From an uncultured Clostridia bacterium (GTDB lineage: Bacteria > Bacillota > Clostridia > Oscillospirales > CAG-272), in the NCBI GenBank assembly GCA_947624995.1, contig CANQMS010000007.1:787-64786 (forward strand): a stretch of 64,000 nucleotides of DNA, in the 5' to 3' direction. The notes beneath the pieces are model-generated. The model had not been told where the DNA came from, searched no databases, and was given only the letters and a program-made list of their open reading frames with translations. A program made the position numbers and the translations under genes. This document shows positions 1 to 8,983 of this stretch, in pieces; position 1 is the first letter of the stretch, and every line of letters begins with the position of its first letter.

Positions 1-272
1 CAATACTGATGACGATCGCCGACAGCGACATCATCAACTCCGTCACGAAGGTGCTCTATCCTTCGGTCGCGAAGAAGTATTCGACGACGACCTCGCGCGT
101 CGAGCGCGCCATCCGCCACGCCATCGAGGTCGCGTGGGACAGGGGCGACGTCGACACGCTCAACTCGTATTTCGGCTACACGATCCAGAATTCGAGAGGA
201 AAACCGACGAACTCGGAATTCATCGCCATGATCGCGGACAACCTGCGCCTGAAATATAAAATGTATAACTGA
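1..272 (+). CDS. spo0A: Sporulation master regulator Spo0A, C-terminal DNA-binding domain (5' end outside window)
   Basis: Frame is open from base 1. Translation ...[33 protein letters not shown]...FGYT...[17 protein letters not shown] matches the Spo0A effector-domain signature very closely. Stop TGA at 270-272. Confidence 0.9.
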   Translation, partial: ILMTIADSDIINSVTKVLYPSVAKKYSTTTSRVERAIRHAIEVAWDRGDVDTLNSYFGYTIQNSRGKPTNSEFIAMIADNLRLKYKMYN

Positions 273-273
273 T

Positions 274-347
274 GATCGGGGGGATCCGCCAAAGGCAGGC
301 GGTCCCCCCGATCATGCGTATATATCCGCCCCGTACGGGGCTTTTTT
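274..347 (+). terminator. Two consecutive hairpins after spo0A; the second is a rho-independent terminator
   Basis: Long hairpin 274-313 (gatcgggggga..tccccccgatc with an inner ccgcc/ggcgg stem). Then gccccgtacggggc (328-341) followed by TTTTTT (342-347). Confidence 0.65.
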
Positions 348-382
348 CATCCCGTTTTCACCGGGACGACACGTATTTTTCC

Positions 383-411
383 TTGACTTTATGCCGATTT
401 TATAATACAAT
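383..411 (+). promoter_or_regulatory. Candidate sigma-A promoter for the VTC-domain gene
   Basis: TTGACT (383-388), 17-nt spacer, TACAAT (406-411). Confidence 0.4.
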
Positions 412-459
412 TGGAGCATAAAGCCGAAAGCGTGAAAACGCGCGGTCGGGAGGTCGGTT

Positions 460-1155
460 TTGGCGTATAAGGAAGTCTTCAAGCGCGTCGAGAAAAAATA
501 CGTTATAACAAGGGAGCAGCACGAGGCGCTGATGCCCCTTGTAAACGAGCATATGTGCGGCGACTCTTACGGGCAAAGCACGATATACAATATCTATTTC
601 GACACACCGACAAAGGCGCTCGTGCGCGCCTCACTTGACAAGCCGATCTATAAGGAAAAGCTGCGCCTCCGCTGCTACTGCCGCCCGGATGACGGCACGC
701 CGGCGTTCATCGAGATAAAGAAAAAGTACAAGGGGACCGTGTACAAGAGGCGGATATGTATGACATACGGAGAAGCGATCGACTTCACCTGCCGCCGCAA
801 GCCGCCGGCGCATGACTCGCAGATCGCGCACGAGATCGGGTGGCTGCTCGATTATTATGACAAAATCGCCCCCTCGATGATCCTGACCTACGACCGCATC
901 GCGTTTTTCGCGAAGGATGACCCCGAGCTGCGCATCACGTTTGACACGAACCTGCTCTCCCGCGACTATGATTTTGATCTGTCGCTCGGCGCGTACGGCA
1001 AGCCGCTGCTCGGAGAGGGCGAGTGCCTGATGGAGATAAAGATCCCGGACGCGATGCCGCTCTGGCTCGTACACGCGCTCGACAGAGAAAAAATTTACCC
1101 TACCTCATTCAGCAAATACGGCTCGGCATATACCGATATTCTTAAAGAACAGTAA
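460..1155 (+). CDS. VTC-domain (polyphosphate-polymerase-like, triphosphate-tunnel fold) protein
   Basis: TTG start 6 nt after GGGAGG. About 230 aa with N-terminal FKRVEKKYVI and alternating charged strands (IEIKKKY..KRR, LMEIKIP), typical of bacterial VTC/CYTH-like proteins. Followed by the usual DUF4956 partner gene. Confidence 0.7.
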   Translation: MAYKEVFKRVEKKYVITREQHEALMPLVNEHMCGDSYGQSTIYNIYFDTPTKALVRASLDKPIYKEKLRLRCYCRPDDGTPAFIEIKKKYKGTVYKRRICMTYGEAIDFTCRRKPPAHDSQIAHEIGWLLDYYDKIAPSMILTYDRIAFFAKDDPELRITFDTNLLSRDYDFDLSLGAYGKPLLGEGECLMEIKIPDAMPLWLVHALDREKIYPTSFSKYGSAYTDILKEQ

Positions 1156-1167
1156 GGAGCAGCACAT

Positions 1168-1854
1168 ATGCTTGACAAACCGTTCACCTCGATCATAGAG
1201 TCCGGCGAGATAACAGTCGCGGACTTTCTCATCTGCTCCGCCGCGGCGATCCTGCTCGGACTGCTGGTCGCGGTCGTCTCCGCGTTCGTCGGCAGAAAGT
1301 CGAAGAGCGTCTCGATCACGCTGACGGTCATCCCCTTCATCGTGGCTGTCATAATCATGATCGTCAACGGCAACATCGGCGTCGGCATCGGCGTCGCGGG
1401 CGCCTTCAGCCTGATCCGGTACCGCTCGAATCCGGGCACCGCGTCCGACATTCTCGTCCTGTTCATTTCGATGACGGCGGGGATCGTCGTCGGCGTCGGG
1501 TACATATGGCTCGCCGTGATATTCACGGTCATTTCCTCCGCCGTTTACGCCGTGATATCGCTCTCCGGCATCGGCGGCGAGCGGAAGGGCGTGCGCGAGC
1601 TGAAAATAACGATCCCCGAGGGGCTGAACTACCCCCACATCTTCGACGATATTTTCGAGAAATACACGAAGGGCTCCGAGCTCGTCCGCGTGCGCACGAC
1701 GAACCTCGGCAGCATGTACCAGCTCACATATCACATCTCCATGAAGGACCCCATGCTCGAAAAGGAAATGATCGACGACATCCGCTGCCGAAACGGCAAT
1801 CTCGACATCGTCTGCGGACTCGTTCCCACGGAAAGCGACGCGGAAAGGCTGTAA
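1168..1854 (+). CDS. DUF4956-like membrane protein (usual partner of bacterial VTC-domain proteins)
   Basis: ATG preceded by AAGGAG. N-terminal half has several hydrophobic helices and the C-terminal half is soluble. The size and its position directly after the VTC gene fit the DUF4956 family. Confidence 0.55.
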   Translation: MLDKPFTSIIESGEITVADFLICSAAAILLGLLVAVVSAFVGRKSKSVSITLTVIPFIVAVIIMIVNGNIGVGIGVAGAFSLIRYRSNPGTASDILVLFISMTAGIVVGVGYIWLAVIFTVISSAVYAVISLSGIGGERKGVRELKITIPEGLNYPHIFDDIFEKYTKGSELVRVRTTNLGSMYQLTYHISMKDPMLEKEMIDDIRCRNGNLDIVCGLVPTESDAERL

Positions 1855-1857
1855 AAG

Positions 1858-2649
1858 ATGAAGCGGACGATCATCACAGTCTGTGCCGCGGTCCTCGCGC
1901 TCGCCCTCTCCGCCGGCGCCGCATTTCTCGTCAGGGAGCTCACGACGGCGCCGTCCGGCAAAGTCGTGCGCGAGGATATCGCGTTTGATAAGGACGCGGT
2001 CAATTCGATCGACGTCGACATCGACATCGGCTTTGTGACAGTTTACAAAAGCGCAAACGGCGTATTCGAGGTGGGACTCAGCGAGCCGAAAAAAGGGCTT
2101 TACTCCGCCGCCGAAGAAGAAGGCACCCTCCGCATCACCGAGGCTGAAACGACGTGGCTCGACAGGGTCGGGCGCTCGGAGAGCGACAAATACGGCATCG
2201 AGATCGGCGTCCCCGAGGGGGCATCCGTTGCGTTGTCGGTCAGCGGCGAGGTGTCCGACGTTTCCATAGACGGAACGTCCGTCTCCGGCGACGCCGTGAT
2301 CTCCGTCGGGACCGGCAGCATCACGCTCAACGGCATCACGGCGGACGGGCGCATCTGTACCGATATCACGACCGGCGGCGTCGAGCTCGGTCTCATCGAG
2401 TGCGGCGCGCTGTCGGCAAAGGTCGGCACAGGAGACGTGTACATCCGCTCCGTCAGCGCCGAGGAGGCGATATCCGTTTCCGTCACGACGGGCAAGGTCT
2501 CGGGCTATGTCGCCGGCACCCGCGCCGACTACACGGTGAAGGCGGAGATCAACACGGGCGTCTCCGACCTCAAGTCCGGCGGCTCCGGCAAAAAAGAGCT
2601 CACCGTCTCCGTCGGCACCGGGAGCATCGCCCTGGCGTTCGGTCAGTGA
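1858..2649 (+). CDS. DUF4097-type beta-strand repeat protein (putative adhesin-like), membrane-anchored
   Basis: N-terminal signal/anchor (IITVCAAVLALALSAGAAF). Repeated G(T/S)G.I/V.L / TTG.V motifs (GTGSITLNG, TTGGVELG, GTGDVYIR, TTGKVSGY, GTGSIALA). Confidence 0.55.
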   Translation: MKRTIITVCAAVLALALSAGAAFLVRELTTAPSGKVVREDIAFDKDAVNSIDVDIDIGFVTVYKSANGVFEVGLSEPKKGLYSAAEEEGTLRITEAETTWLDRVGRSESDKYGIEIGVPEGASVALSVSGEVSDVSIDGTSVSGDAVISVGTGSITLNGITADGRICTDITTGGVELGLIECGALSAKVGTGDVYIRSVSAEEAISVSVTTGKVSGYVAGTRADYTVKAEINTGVSDLKSGGSGKKELTVSVGTGSIALAFGQ

Positions 2650-2680
2650 CGCCGAAAAAATGCATAATTAAAGAAAACTA

Positions 2681-2721
2681 TCCGCGGTCGGGACAAGATC
2701 CCGACCGCGGACAATTTTTTA
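2681..2721. terminator. Bidirectional terminator between the DUF4097 gene and the convergent MFS gene
   Basis: 13-bp perfect stem tccgcggtcggga / tcccgaccgcgga (2681-2693 / 2699-2711). T-run 2715-2720 on the + side and an A-rich tract before the stem. Confidence 0.7.
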
Positions 2722-3936
2722 TTTCGAAGCTTTCTTCTCTTTATTATCTTCCCCGCCGCCCGTATTCCGGCAGACAGCGGCGGCAAAGATCAGGATGAGG
2801 GGGAAGACGGCGGCGGACGCGAGCCCGGCGGAGAAGCTGTCCCCGAACGCGCCGGAGACTATGCCGACGAGCGTCGGACCGCACGTGCAGCCGACATCCC
2901 CGGCGAGCGCGAGCAGCGCGAACAGCGCCGTCCCGCCGCCGCGGCAGCGCACCGCCGCGACGCTGAAGACGCCGGGCCACAGTATTCCGACGGAAAGTCC
3001 GCACAAAGCGCAGCCTAACAGCGAGAGCGCCGGGTGCGGCGCGAACGATGCGCAGAGATACGAGGCGGCGCAGACGACGCCGCAGCCGATGATGTATTTC
3101 AAAAGGTCGACCTTGCCGCCGCGCTTTGCGTAGAAGACGCGCGCGACGCCCTGAAGGGCGCTGAAAAGGCACGGACCGACGATATCTCCGACGGATTTTG
3201 TGACGCCGAGTCCCTGCTCCGCGAAGGCGGACGCCCACTGCACCATCGCGAGCTCGGAGGCGCCCGCGGCAAACATCAGGACCGCGAGCAGCCAGAAGAC
3301 GGGCTTTGCGAGCAGACGGCGCGCCGTCATGCTCTCACCGCCCTCCGCCTCGGAGAGCGAGCGTATCGGCACCTGCGTGAAGAGGACCGCCGTCGCCGCC
3401 GGGACGGCAGCCCAGCACGCGGCGAGCACGCGCCAGCATGACATTCCGAAGACAGCGAACGAAACGGTCGAGACGAGTATAACAAAGACGACGCCCCAGC
3501 AGTAAAACGAGTGCAGCATGCTCATTGCGGACGCCTTGTCGTCCGAGGGACACGCCTCGACGATGGGACTTATCAAAACCTCGATCAGCCCGCCGCCGAC
3601 GGCGTAGCAGAGGACGGCTGCGAGCAGCCCCGAAAACGCGTCCCCGAAAACAAAGGGGAAGATCCCGAGCCCGGCGATCCCGACGGCGGAAAAGATATGC
3701 GCCGCGACGACGGCGCGCCTGTACCCGATCCTGTCGACGAACCTCGCCGCCAAAAGATCGACGAGCAGCTGAAGCGCGAAGTTCACCGCGATAAGCACCG
3801 TGATCTTCCCCGTCGGTATTCCGAGCGAGTCATGGAACATTACGAACAAAAGCGGCGAAAAATTATTTCCTATCGCCTGCGTTATGTAGCCGAGATAGCA
3901 GGCGCGGACGGTGTGTTTGTATGTCAGTTTCTTCAT
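2719..3936 (-). CDS. MFS transporter
   Basis: About 12 predicted hydrophobic helices and typical MFS loop composition. I place the start at ATG 3936 (MKKLTYKH...) rather than the track's 4152, because the upstream 72 codons run through the ctsR promoter region. GGAGGAG lies 14 nt upstream, a long spacing, so the start is not certain. Confidence 0.7.
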   Translation of the reverse strand: MKKLTYKHTVRACYLGYITQAIGNNFSPLLFVMFHDSLGIPTGKITVLIAVNFALQLLVDLLAARFVDRIGYRRAVVAAHIFSAVGIAGLGIFPFVFGDAFSGLLAAVLCYAVGGGLIEVLISPIVEACPSDDKASAMSMLHSFYCWGVVFVILVSTVSFAVFGMSCWRVLAACWAAVPAATAVLFTQVPIRSLSEAEGGESMTARRLLAKPVFWLLAVLMFAAGASELAMVQWASAFAEQGLGVTKSVGDIVGPCLFSALQGVARVFYAKRGGKVDLLKYIIGCGVVCAASYLCASFAPHPALSLLGCALCGLSVGILWPGVFSVAAVRCRGGGTALFALLALAGDVGCTCGPTLVGIVSGAFGDSFSAGLASAAVFPLILIFAAAVCRNTGGGEDNKEKKASK

Positions 3937-4110
3937 TTTACGATTGTTTGCTCCTCCCCGGAAGCGTGACCGGGCTATATTGTATAACGGACCGCATTTT
4001 TTTGCAAGATATATTTTGCGCAAATTTTTCCCGAAAATCTCCGGAAATCGGAGCTCCGGCGGTCTTATTCCGGCACGCGGAAAAATTTCCGAAAAAATTT
4101 GAAAAATACT

Positions 4111-4127
4111 GTTGACTTTCTTTGACC
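4111..4127 (-). promoter_or_regulatory. CtsR operator (inverted orientation) overlapping the -35 element
   Basis: The reverse complement reads GGTCAAAGAAAGTCAAC. This fits the CtsR heptad direct-repeat consensus (A/G)GTCAAA-NAN-(A/G)GTCAAA. Confidence 0.75.
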
Positions 4128-4140
4128 TTCGTGGTATACT
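4112..4140 (+). promoter_or_regulatory. Sigma-A promoter of the ctsR-mcsA-mcsB-clpC operon
   Basis: TTGACT (4112-4117), 17-nt spacer, TATACT (4135-4140), with extended -10 TGG (4132-4134). Confidence 0.75.
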
Positions 4141-4146
4141 GTCGAT

Positions 4147-4170
4147 AGTCAAAGAAAGTCAAAGTCAAAA
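4147..4170 (+). promoter_or_regulatory. CtsR operator just downstream of the -10 element, with a third heptad
   Basis: AGTCAAAGAAAGTCAAA (4147-4163) is a full match to the CtsR box. It is followed directly by GTCAAAA (4164-4170). Confidence 0.8.
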
Positions 4171-4183
4171 GGACGTGTTTACA

Positions 4184-4636
4184 ATGACACTTTCGGATTA
4201 TATCGCGTCGGTGATAGAAGAAATGCTCGACGCGGGCGGCGGCACCGCAGAGATGAAGCGGAACGACCTCGCCACAAGGATCGGCTGCGTCCCGAGCCAG
4301 ATAAATTACGTCATAACATCGCGCTTCACGCCAGAGCGCGGGTACATCATCGAGAGCAGGCGCGGCGGCGGCGGCTATATCAGGATCGTTCGCAAGCAGC
4401 TCTCCCGGGACGACTACCTGATGCACTTTTTCCACGCGACAGGTGACTCGCTCGGCGAGGCGGAGGCGCTCGCATTCATCTCGAATCTGTCCGGCTCCGG
4501 CATTATAGACGGGCGCGAGGCGGACATCATCGCGACCGCCGTTTCCGACAGGGCGCTCGCCACCCTGCCTCCGAACGTGAAAAACAGCGTTCGCGCCGAC
4601 ATTCTGCGCCATATTATTCTAACGCTCATGAATTAA
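4184..4636 (+). CDS. ctsR: Class III stress-gene repressor CtsR
   Basis: MTLSDYIASVIEEML...RNDLATRIGCVPSQINYVITSRFTPERGYIIESRRGGGGYIRI is the CtsR HTH plus glycine-rich loop signature. Start moved to ATG 4184, since the track ORF starts inside the promoter. Confidence 0.9.
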   Translation: MTLSDYIASVIEEMLDAGGGTAEMKRNDLATRIGCVPSQINYVITSRFTPERGYIIESRRGGGGYIRIVRKQLSRDDYLMHFFHATGDSLGEAEALAFISNLSGSGIIDGREADIIATAVSDRALATLPPNVKNSVRADILRHIILTLMN

Positions 4637-4670
4637 AATAATATCATAACAAAAAAGGAGTGACACGGTC

Positions 4671-5186
4671 ATGCTTTGCGAAAGATGCGGAAAAAACGAA
4701 GCCACGGTCCGTTACAGCGAGATCATAAACGGCAAAAAGAGATCATACTCGCTCTGCGCCGACTGCGCGGGCGAGCTCGGGATCGGGACCGCAGTCCCGA
4801 CCGACATTTTCGGCGCGGGTTCCCTTTTCTCCGGGTTCTTCGGGGACATATTCGACCACCCGAAAGCGGTGGCAGCATCAAATGTCGTCCGCTGCCCCGT
4901 CTGCGGGGCGACGCTCTCGGATATAGCCGCCGAGGGAAAGGTCGGCTGCTCCGAGTGCTACCGCACGTTCCGCGCGGAACTGTCCCCGACGATACGCCGC
5001 ATACACGGCGGCGTGACATACAAGGGATCGCAGCCCGCCAAGGATGCGCCGGAAGCCGGCGGCACAGCAGGCAAACCGGTCTCCGAGCTTGACGCGCTGC
5101 GCGCGGAGCTCTACGAAGCGATAAAAAAGGAAGATTTCGAGCGCGCCGCGGAACTGCGCGACAGGATAAAGGCACTCGAAGCGTGA
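4671..5186 (+). CDS. mcsA: Protein-arginine kinase activator McsA
   Basis: N-terminal CxxC...CxxC zinc-finger pairs (CERCG..., CADCA, CPVCG, CSECY) and a C-terminal UVR motif (EDFERAAELRDRIKALE). Position between ctsR and mcsB. Confidence 0.85.
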   Translation: MLCERCGKNEATVRYSEIINGKKRSYSLCADCAGELGIGTAVPTDIFGAGSLFSGFFGDIFDHPKAVAASNVVRCPVCGATLSDIAAEGKVGCSECYRTFRAELSPTIRRIHGGVTYKGSQPAKDAPEAGGTAGKPVSELDALRAELYEAIKKEDFERAAELRDRIKALEA

Positions 5187-5207
5187 AACGGAGAGGAGGG
5201 ATATATC

Positions 5208-6242
5208 ATGTCATGGTACGGTAAAGAAGGAAGCATGACAGGCGTCGTGCTCTCGTCGAGGGTGCGCCTTGCGAGGAACGTTGAAGGCGTCCCGATGGGA
5301 AAGAGACTGTCGGCGGACGGGGCGGAAAAGCTGATTGAGGGCGCCGGGAAGGCGCTTTCCGACTGCGACCGCGTCGATTTCCGCCGTCTTGACCCGGTGA
5401 CCGCCGCGGCTTACGCGGAGGAGCACCTCGTCTCCGCGGAGTTCGCCTCGTCCGATTCACCGCGCGCGCTCTACAAGAACGAGGGTGAGGACACATATAT
5501 AATGGTATGCGAGGAGGACCACTTTCGTATACAGAGCATCACCCGGGGATATTCGCTCGCGGAAGCGTACTCTCACGCCGCCGCGGCGGAGGCGAAGCTC
5601 GCCGGAGTGTTCCGGCTCGCGTTCGACCCGGAGCTCGGATATCTGACGCACTGCCCCACCAACCTCGGGACGGCTATGAGGGCTTCCCTGATGATGTTCC
5701 TCCCGGCGCTGACGCGGCAGGGCGCGATCGCGCCGCTCGCCCGCCAGCTCTCAAAGGTGGGGCTGACCGTGCGCGGAATGTACGGCGAGGGGTCGGACGC
5801 CGCCGCGTGCCTCTACCAGATCTCAAATCAGGTGACGCTCGGCATCACCGAGGAGGAGACGATAAAGAAGCTGACACGGCTTTCCGACACAGTCATCAAC
5901 GAGGAACTGAAGGCGCGCCGCGAGCTTTTCGAAAAGGCTCCCGAGGACGTCGCCGACGTATGCTCGCGCGCTTTCGGGACATTGACGCACTCGCGCGTCA
6001 TCTCCTGCCGCGAATTCATGGAAAACTGGGTGAGCGTCCGCCTCGGGGTCTCCATCGCGGAGCTCTCCGGCAAAAACGCGGACCTCGGGATCCCCGAAAC
6101 GCTCACATACAAAACGCTCGACACATCTCTCATCGAATCCCAGCCCGCCGTTCTGACACTGCTCTCGGGCGGCGGCGAGCTCTCCCCCCGCGAGCGCGAC
6201 GTGCTCCGCTCGTCGCGCCTGCGCGAAATGCTCGGGGCTTGA
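5208..6242 (+). CDS. mcsB: Protein arginine kinase McsB
   Basis: Phosphagen-kinase-like core (VLSSRVRLARN, CEEDHFRIQ, CPTNLGTAMRAS, RGMYGEGS). RBS GGAGG upstream. Confidence 0.9.
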   Translation: MSWYGKEGSMTGVVLSSRVRLARNVEGVPMGKRLSADGAEKLIEGAGKALSDCDRVDFRRLDPVTAAAYAEEHLVSAEFASSDSPRALYKNEGEDTYIMVCEEDHFRIQSITRGYSLAEAYSHAAAAEAKLAGVFRLAFDPELGYLTHCPTNLGTAMRASLMMFLPALTRQGAIAPLARQLSKVGLTVRGMYGEGSDAAACLYQISNQVTLGITEEETIKKLTRLSDTVINEELKARRELFEKAPEDVADVCSRAFGTLTHSRVISCREFMENWVSVRLGVSIAELSGKNADLGIPETLTYKTLDTSLIESQPAVLTLLSGGGELSPRERDVLRSSRLREMLGA

Positions 6243-6269
6243 TCCCGGCAAGAAAGGAATGTGATATTT

Positions 6270-8729
6270 ATGACAAGCAAATTCACCGAAAAGGCAGAGG
6301 GCGCGATCAACCGCGCGCTCTCCTTCGCGTCCGAAATGGGACACACATATATAGGCTCGGAGCACCTTTTATACGGGCTCACGGCTGAGACAGACAGCGT
6401 CGGCGCAAGGCTGCTCGCCGAGCACGGCGCGACGGTCGAGGACGAGGAAAACATCATCGGCAGCGTCTCGGGGACGGGCGACAAGAGCTCCGTCTCGCCG
6501 ACGGACATGACGCCGAGGACAAAGAAGATCATCGAGCTGTCCGCATATATCTCGGCAAAATTCGGTCACGGCTACATCGGGACCGAGCATCTGCTCGCGG
6601 CGCTGCTCTCGGAGCGCTCCTCCGTCGCCGTCAAGGTGCTCTCGACCATGGGCGTCTCCGTCGACGACCTCGCCGCAGACGTCGAGTCCTTCCTCTCCGG
6701 CGGCATCGCGGACGGCGCCGGTACACGTACACACGCGGGAGCCGGCGGCGACTCTCGCGGCGCACAGCCCGGGATCAAGGGTGCGCCGACGCTCTCGCGC
6801 CACGGGCGCGACCTCTGCGCCCTCGCGCGCGAGGGACGCCTCGACCCGATAATCGGGCGCAGGCGCGAGATGGAGCGCGTCATCGCCATCCTCTCCCGCC
6901 GCACGAAGAACAATCCCTGCCTGATAGGCGAGCCCGGCGTCGGCAAGACCGCCGTCGTCGAGGGGCTCGCACAGATGATCGTCGACGGCACCGTCCCCGA
7001 GACGCTGCGCGACAAAACCATCGTCACGCTCGACATTTCCTCCATGGTCGCGGGCGCGAAATACAGGGGCGAATTCGAGGAGCGCCTCAAGGGAGTCATG
7101 GAGGAGGTCGTCAAGAACCCGAACATCATCCTCTTTATAGATGAGATCCACACCATAATCGGCGCCGGAGCCGCCGAGGGCGCGGTCGACGCGGCGAACA
7201 TCTTAAAGCCCGCGCTCGCGAGGGGCGAGATACAGATCATCGGCGCAACGACGATCGACGAGTACCGCCGCCACATCGAGCACGACGCCGCGCTCGAGCG
7301 CCGGTTCCAGTCCGTCACGGTCGGCGAGCCGACGCCGGAGGAGGCTGTCGCCATCCTTCACGGGCTGCGCGACAAGTACGAGGCGCACCACAAGCTGAAG
7401 ATCACGGACGAGGCGATCGACGCCGCCGTGAGGCTGTCCGTTCGCTATATCGGCGACAGGTTCCTGCCCGACAAGGCGATCGACCTCATCGACGAGGCGG
7501 CGTCCCGCCTGCGCATCTCGAGCGTCACGCCGTCCGACGAGCTGCGCTCGCTCGAGGAGGAGATGAAGCGCGCCTCGAACGAAAAGGAGGAGGCTGTCCG
7601 CTCGCAGGATTTCGAGCGCGCCGCCGCCTGCCGCGACCGCGAGCGCGAGCTGCGGGAAAAGCACGAGGCGGCGGAGTCCGCATGGCGCAGAGAGCGCGAC
7701 GGCAAGGAGCTCTCCGTCGGTCCCGACGAGATCGCGGAGGTCGTGACCGCCTGGACCGGGATCCCCGTCTCCCGGCTCGCCGAGGAGGAGAGCGAGCGGC
7801 TCTTGCACCTTGACGAGATACTGAAAAAGCGCGTCATCGGTCAGGATGAGGCAGTGAACGCCGTCGCACGCGCGATAAGGCGCGGCAGGACCGGACTCGG
7901 CGACCCGAACCGTCCGGTCGGCTCGTTCATATTCTTAGGTCCGACCGGCGTCGGGAAGACGGAGCTCTCAAAGGCGCTCGCCGAGGCGATGTTCGGGGAC
8001 GAATCCGCGATGATACGCGTCGACATGTCCGAATACATGGAGAGCCACTCGACCTCGAAGCTGATCGGATCGCCTCCGGGCTATGTCGGCTATGACGAGG
8101 GCGGTCAGCTCACCGAGAAGATACGCCGCCACCCCTACTCCGTCGTGCTGTTCGACGAGATCGAAAAGGCTCACCCCGATGTCTTCAACATTCTCCTGCA
8201 AATTCTCGACGACGGCATACTCACGGACGCCCAGGGACGGCGCGTCGACTTCAAGAACACCGTCATCATCATGACCTCGAACGTCGGCGCCGCCGACATC
8301 GTCGAGCACCGCCGCCTCGGATTCGCCGACGACACGGACAAAAAGGCTGAATTCGACCGTATGCGCGCCTCCGTCACGGATTCGCTGAAGCGCACGTTCA
8401 AGCCCGAATTCCTGAACAGGATCGACGAGATCATCGTCTTCTCGAAGCTCGACGACGAGTGCGTCCGCAAGATCGCCTCGCTCATGCTCGGGCGCGTGCG
8501 CGAACGCGCCGCCGCAATCGGAGTCGACGTCACGTTCGGTGACGACGTCGTCTCGCTCGTAGCACGCGAGGGCTTCGACCCGACGTACGGCGCGCGCCCG
8601 ATACGCCGCGCGGTCGTCCGCCTCGTCGAGGACGTCTTCTCCGAGGATATGCTCTCGGGAAAGATAAAGGCGGGCGACAGGGTCACCTCGTCCGTCGAGG
8701 ACGGGCACGTCGTATATAAGACCGTGTAA
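6270..8729 (+). CDS. clpC: ATP-dependent Clp protease ATP-binding subunit ClpC
   Basis: Double Clp_N repeat, Walker A GEPGVGKTA and GPTGVGKTE, and a middle UVR-like motif (QDFERAAACRDRE). ATG 6270 is preferred over GTG 6261 because AAAGGA (6253-6258) is better spaced for it. Confidence 0.92.
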   Translation: MTSKFTEKAEGAINRALSFASEMGHTYIGSEHLLYGLTAETDSVGARLLAEHGATVEDEENIIGSVSGTGDKSSVSPTDMTPRTKKIIELSAYISAKFGHGYIGTEHLLAALLSERSSVAVKVLSTMGVSVDDLAADVESFLSGGIADGAGTRTHAGAGGDSRGAQPGIKGAPTLSRHGRDLCALAREGRLDPIIGRRREMERVIAILSRRTKNNPCLIGEPGVGKTAVVEGLAQMIVDGTVPETLRDKTIVTLDISSMVAGAKYRGEFEERLKGVMEEVVKNPNIILFIDEIHTIIGAGAAEGAVDAANILKPALARGEIQIIGATTIDEYRRHIEHDAALERRFQSVTVGEPTPEEAVAILHGLRDKYEAHHKLKITDEAIDAAVRLSVRYIGDRFLPDKAIDLIDEAASRLRISSVTPSDELRSLEEEMKRASNEKEEAVRSQDFERAAACRDRERELREKHEAAESAWRRERDGKELSVGPDEIAEVVTAWTGIPVSRLAEEESERLLHLDEILKKRVIGQDEAVNAVARAIRRGRTGLGDPNRPVGSFIFLGPTGVGKTELSKALAEAMFGDESAMIRVDMSEYMESHSTSKLIGSPPGYVGYDEGGQLTEKIRRHPYSVVLFDEIEKAHPDVFNILLQILDDGILTDAQGRRVDFKNTVIIMTSNVGAADIVEHRRLGFADDTDKKAEFDRMRASVTDSLKRTFKPEFLNRIDEIIVFSKLDDECVRKIASLMLGRVRERAAAIGVDVTFGDDVVSLVAREGFDPTYGARPIRRAVVRLVEDVFSEDMLSGKIKAGDRVTSSVEDGHVVYKTV

Positions 8730-8746
8730 AGCGCCATTACGGTCCC

Positions 8747-8797
8747 CTCCCCGTGGCGCGGCTTACGCAAAAAAGCCGCGCTGCGGGGAGCTTTTTT
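8747..8797 (+). terminator. Rho-independent terminator of the clpC operon
   Basis: Nested stems ctccccg/cggggag (8747-53 / 8784-90) and gcgcggctt/aagccgcgc (8756-64 / 8773-81), followed by TTTTTT (8792-8797). Confidence 0.7.
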
Positions 8798-8896
8798 CGC
8801 CGCAAATGTGAACTTGAAAAAGAGAGAGCTCGCGAAATGATAGTCAAGATACACAGATTTTTTCGCAAAAAACTTGATTATTCGTTAAAACGCCAA

Positions 8897-8924
8897 TTGA
8901 AAAAAGTCGAGGAAAGTGTAAAAT
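8897..8924 (+). promoter_or_regulatory. Candidate promoter for xpt
   Basis: TTGAAA (8897-8902), 16-nt spacer, TAAAAT (8919-8924). Confidence 0.35.
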
Positions 8925-8983
8925 TATACTATCGGGAAACGTGATACACAGTGTCTAATCTTTGTCAGCCGAGGTGATCCGCC

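Noticed and set aside
8850-8983. Expected a purine (guanine/xanthine) riboswitch upstream of xpt, as in Bacillus.
   Set aside because: The candidate promoter leaves only ~55 nt of leader. The conserved purine-aptamer strings (UAUAAU...GAUAUGG...UUUCUACC...CCGUAA...GACUAU) are absent.
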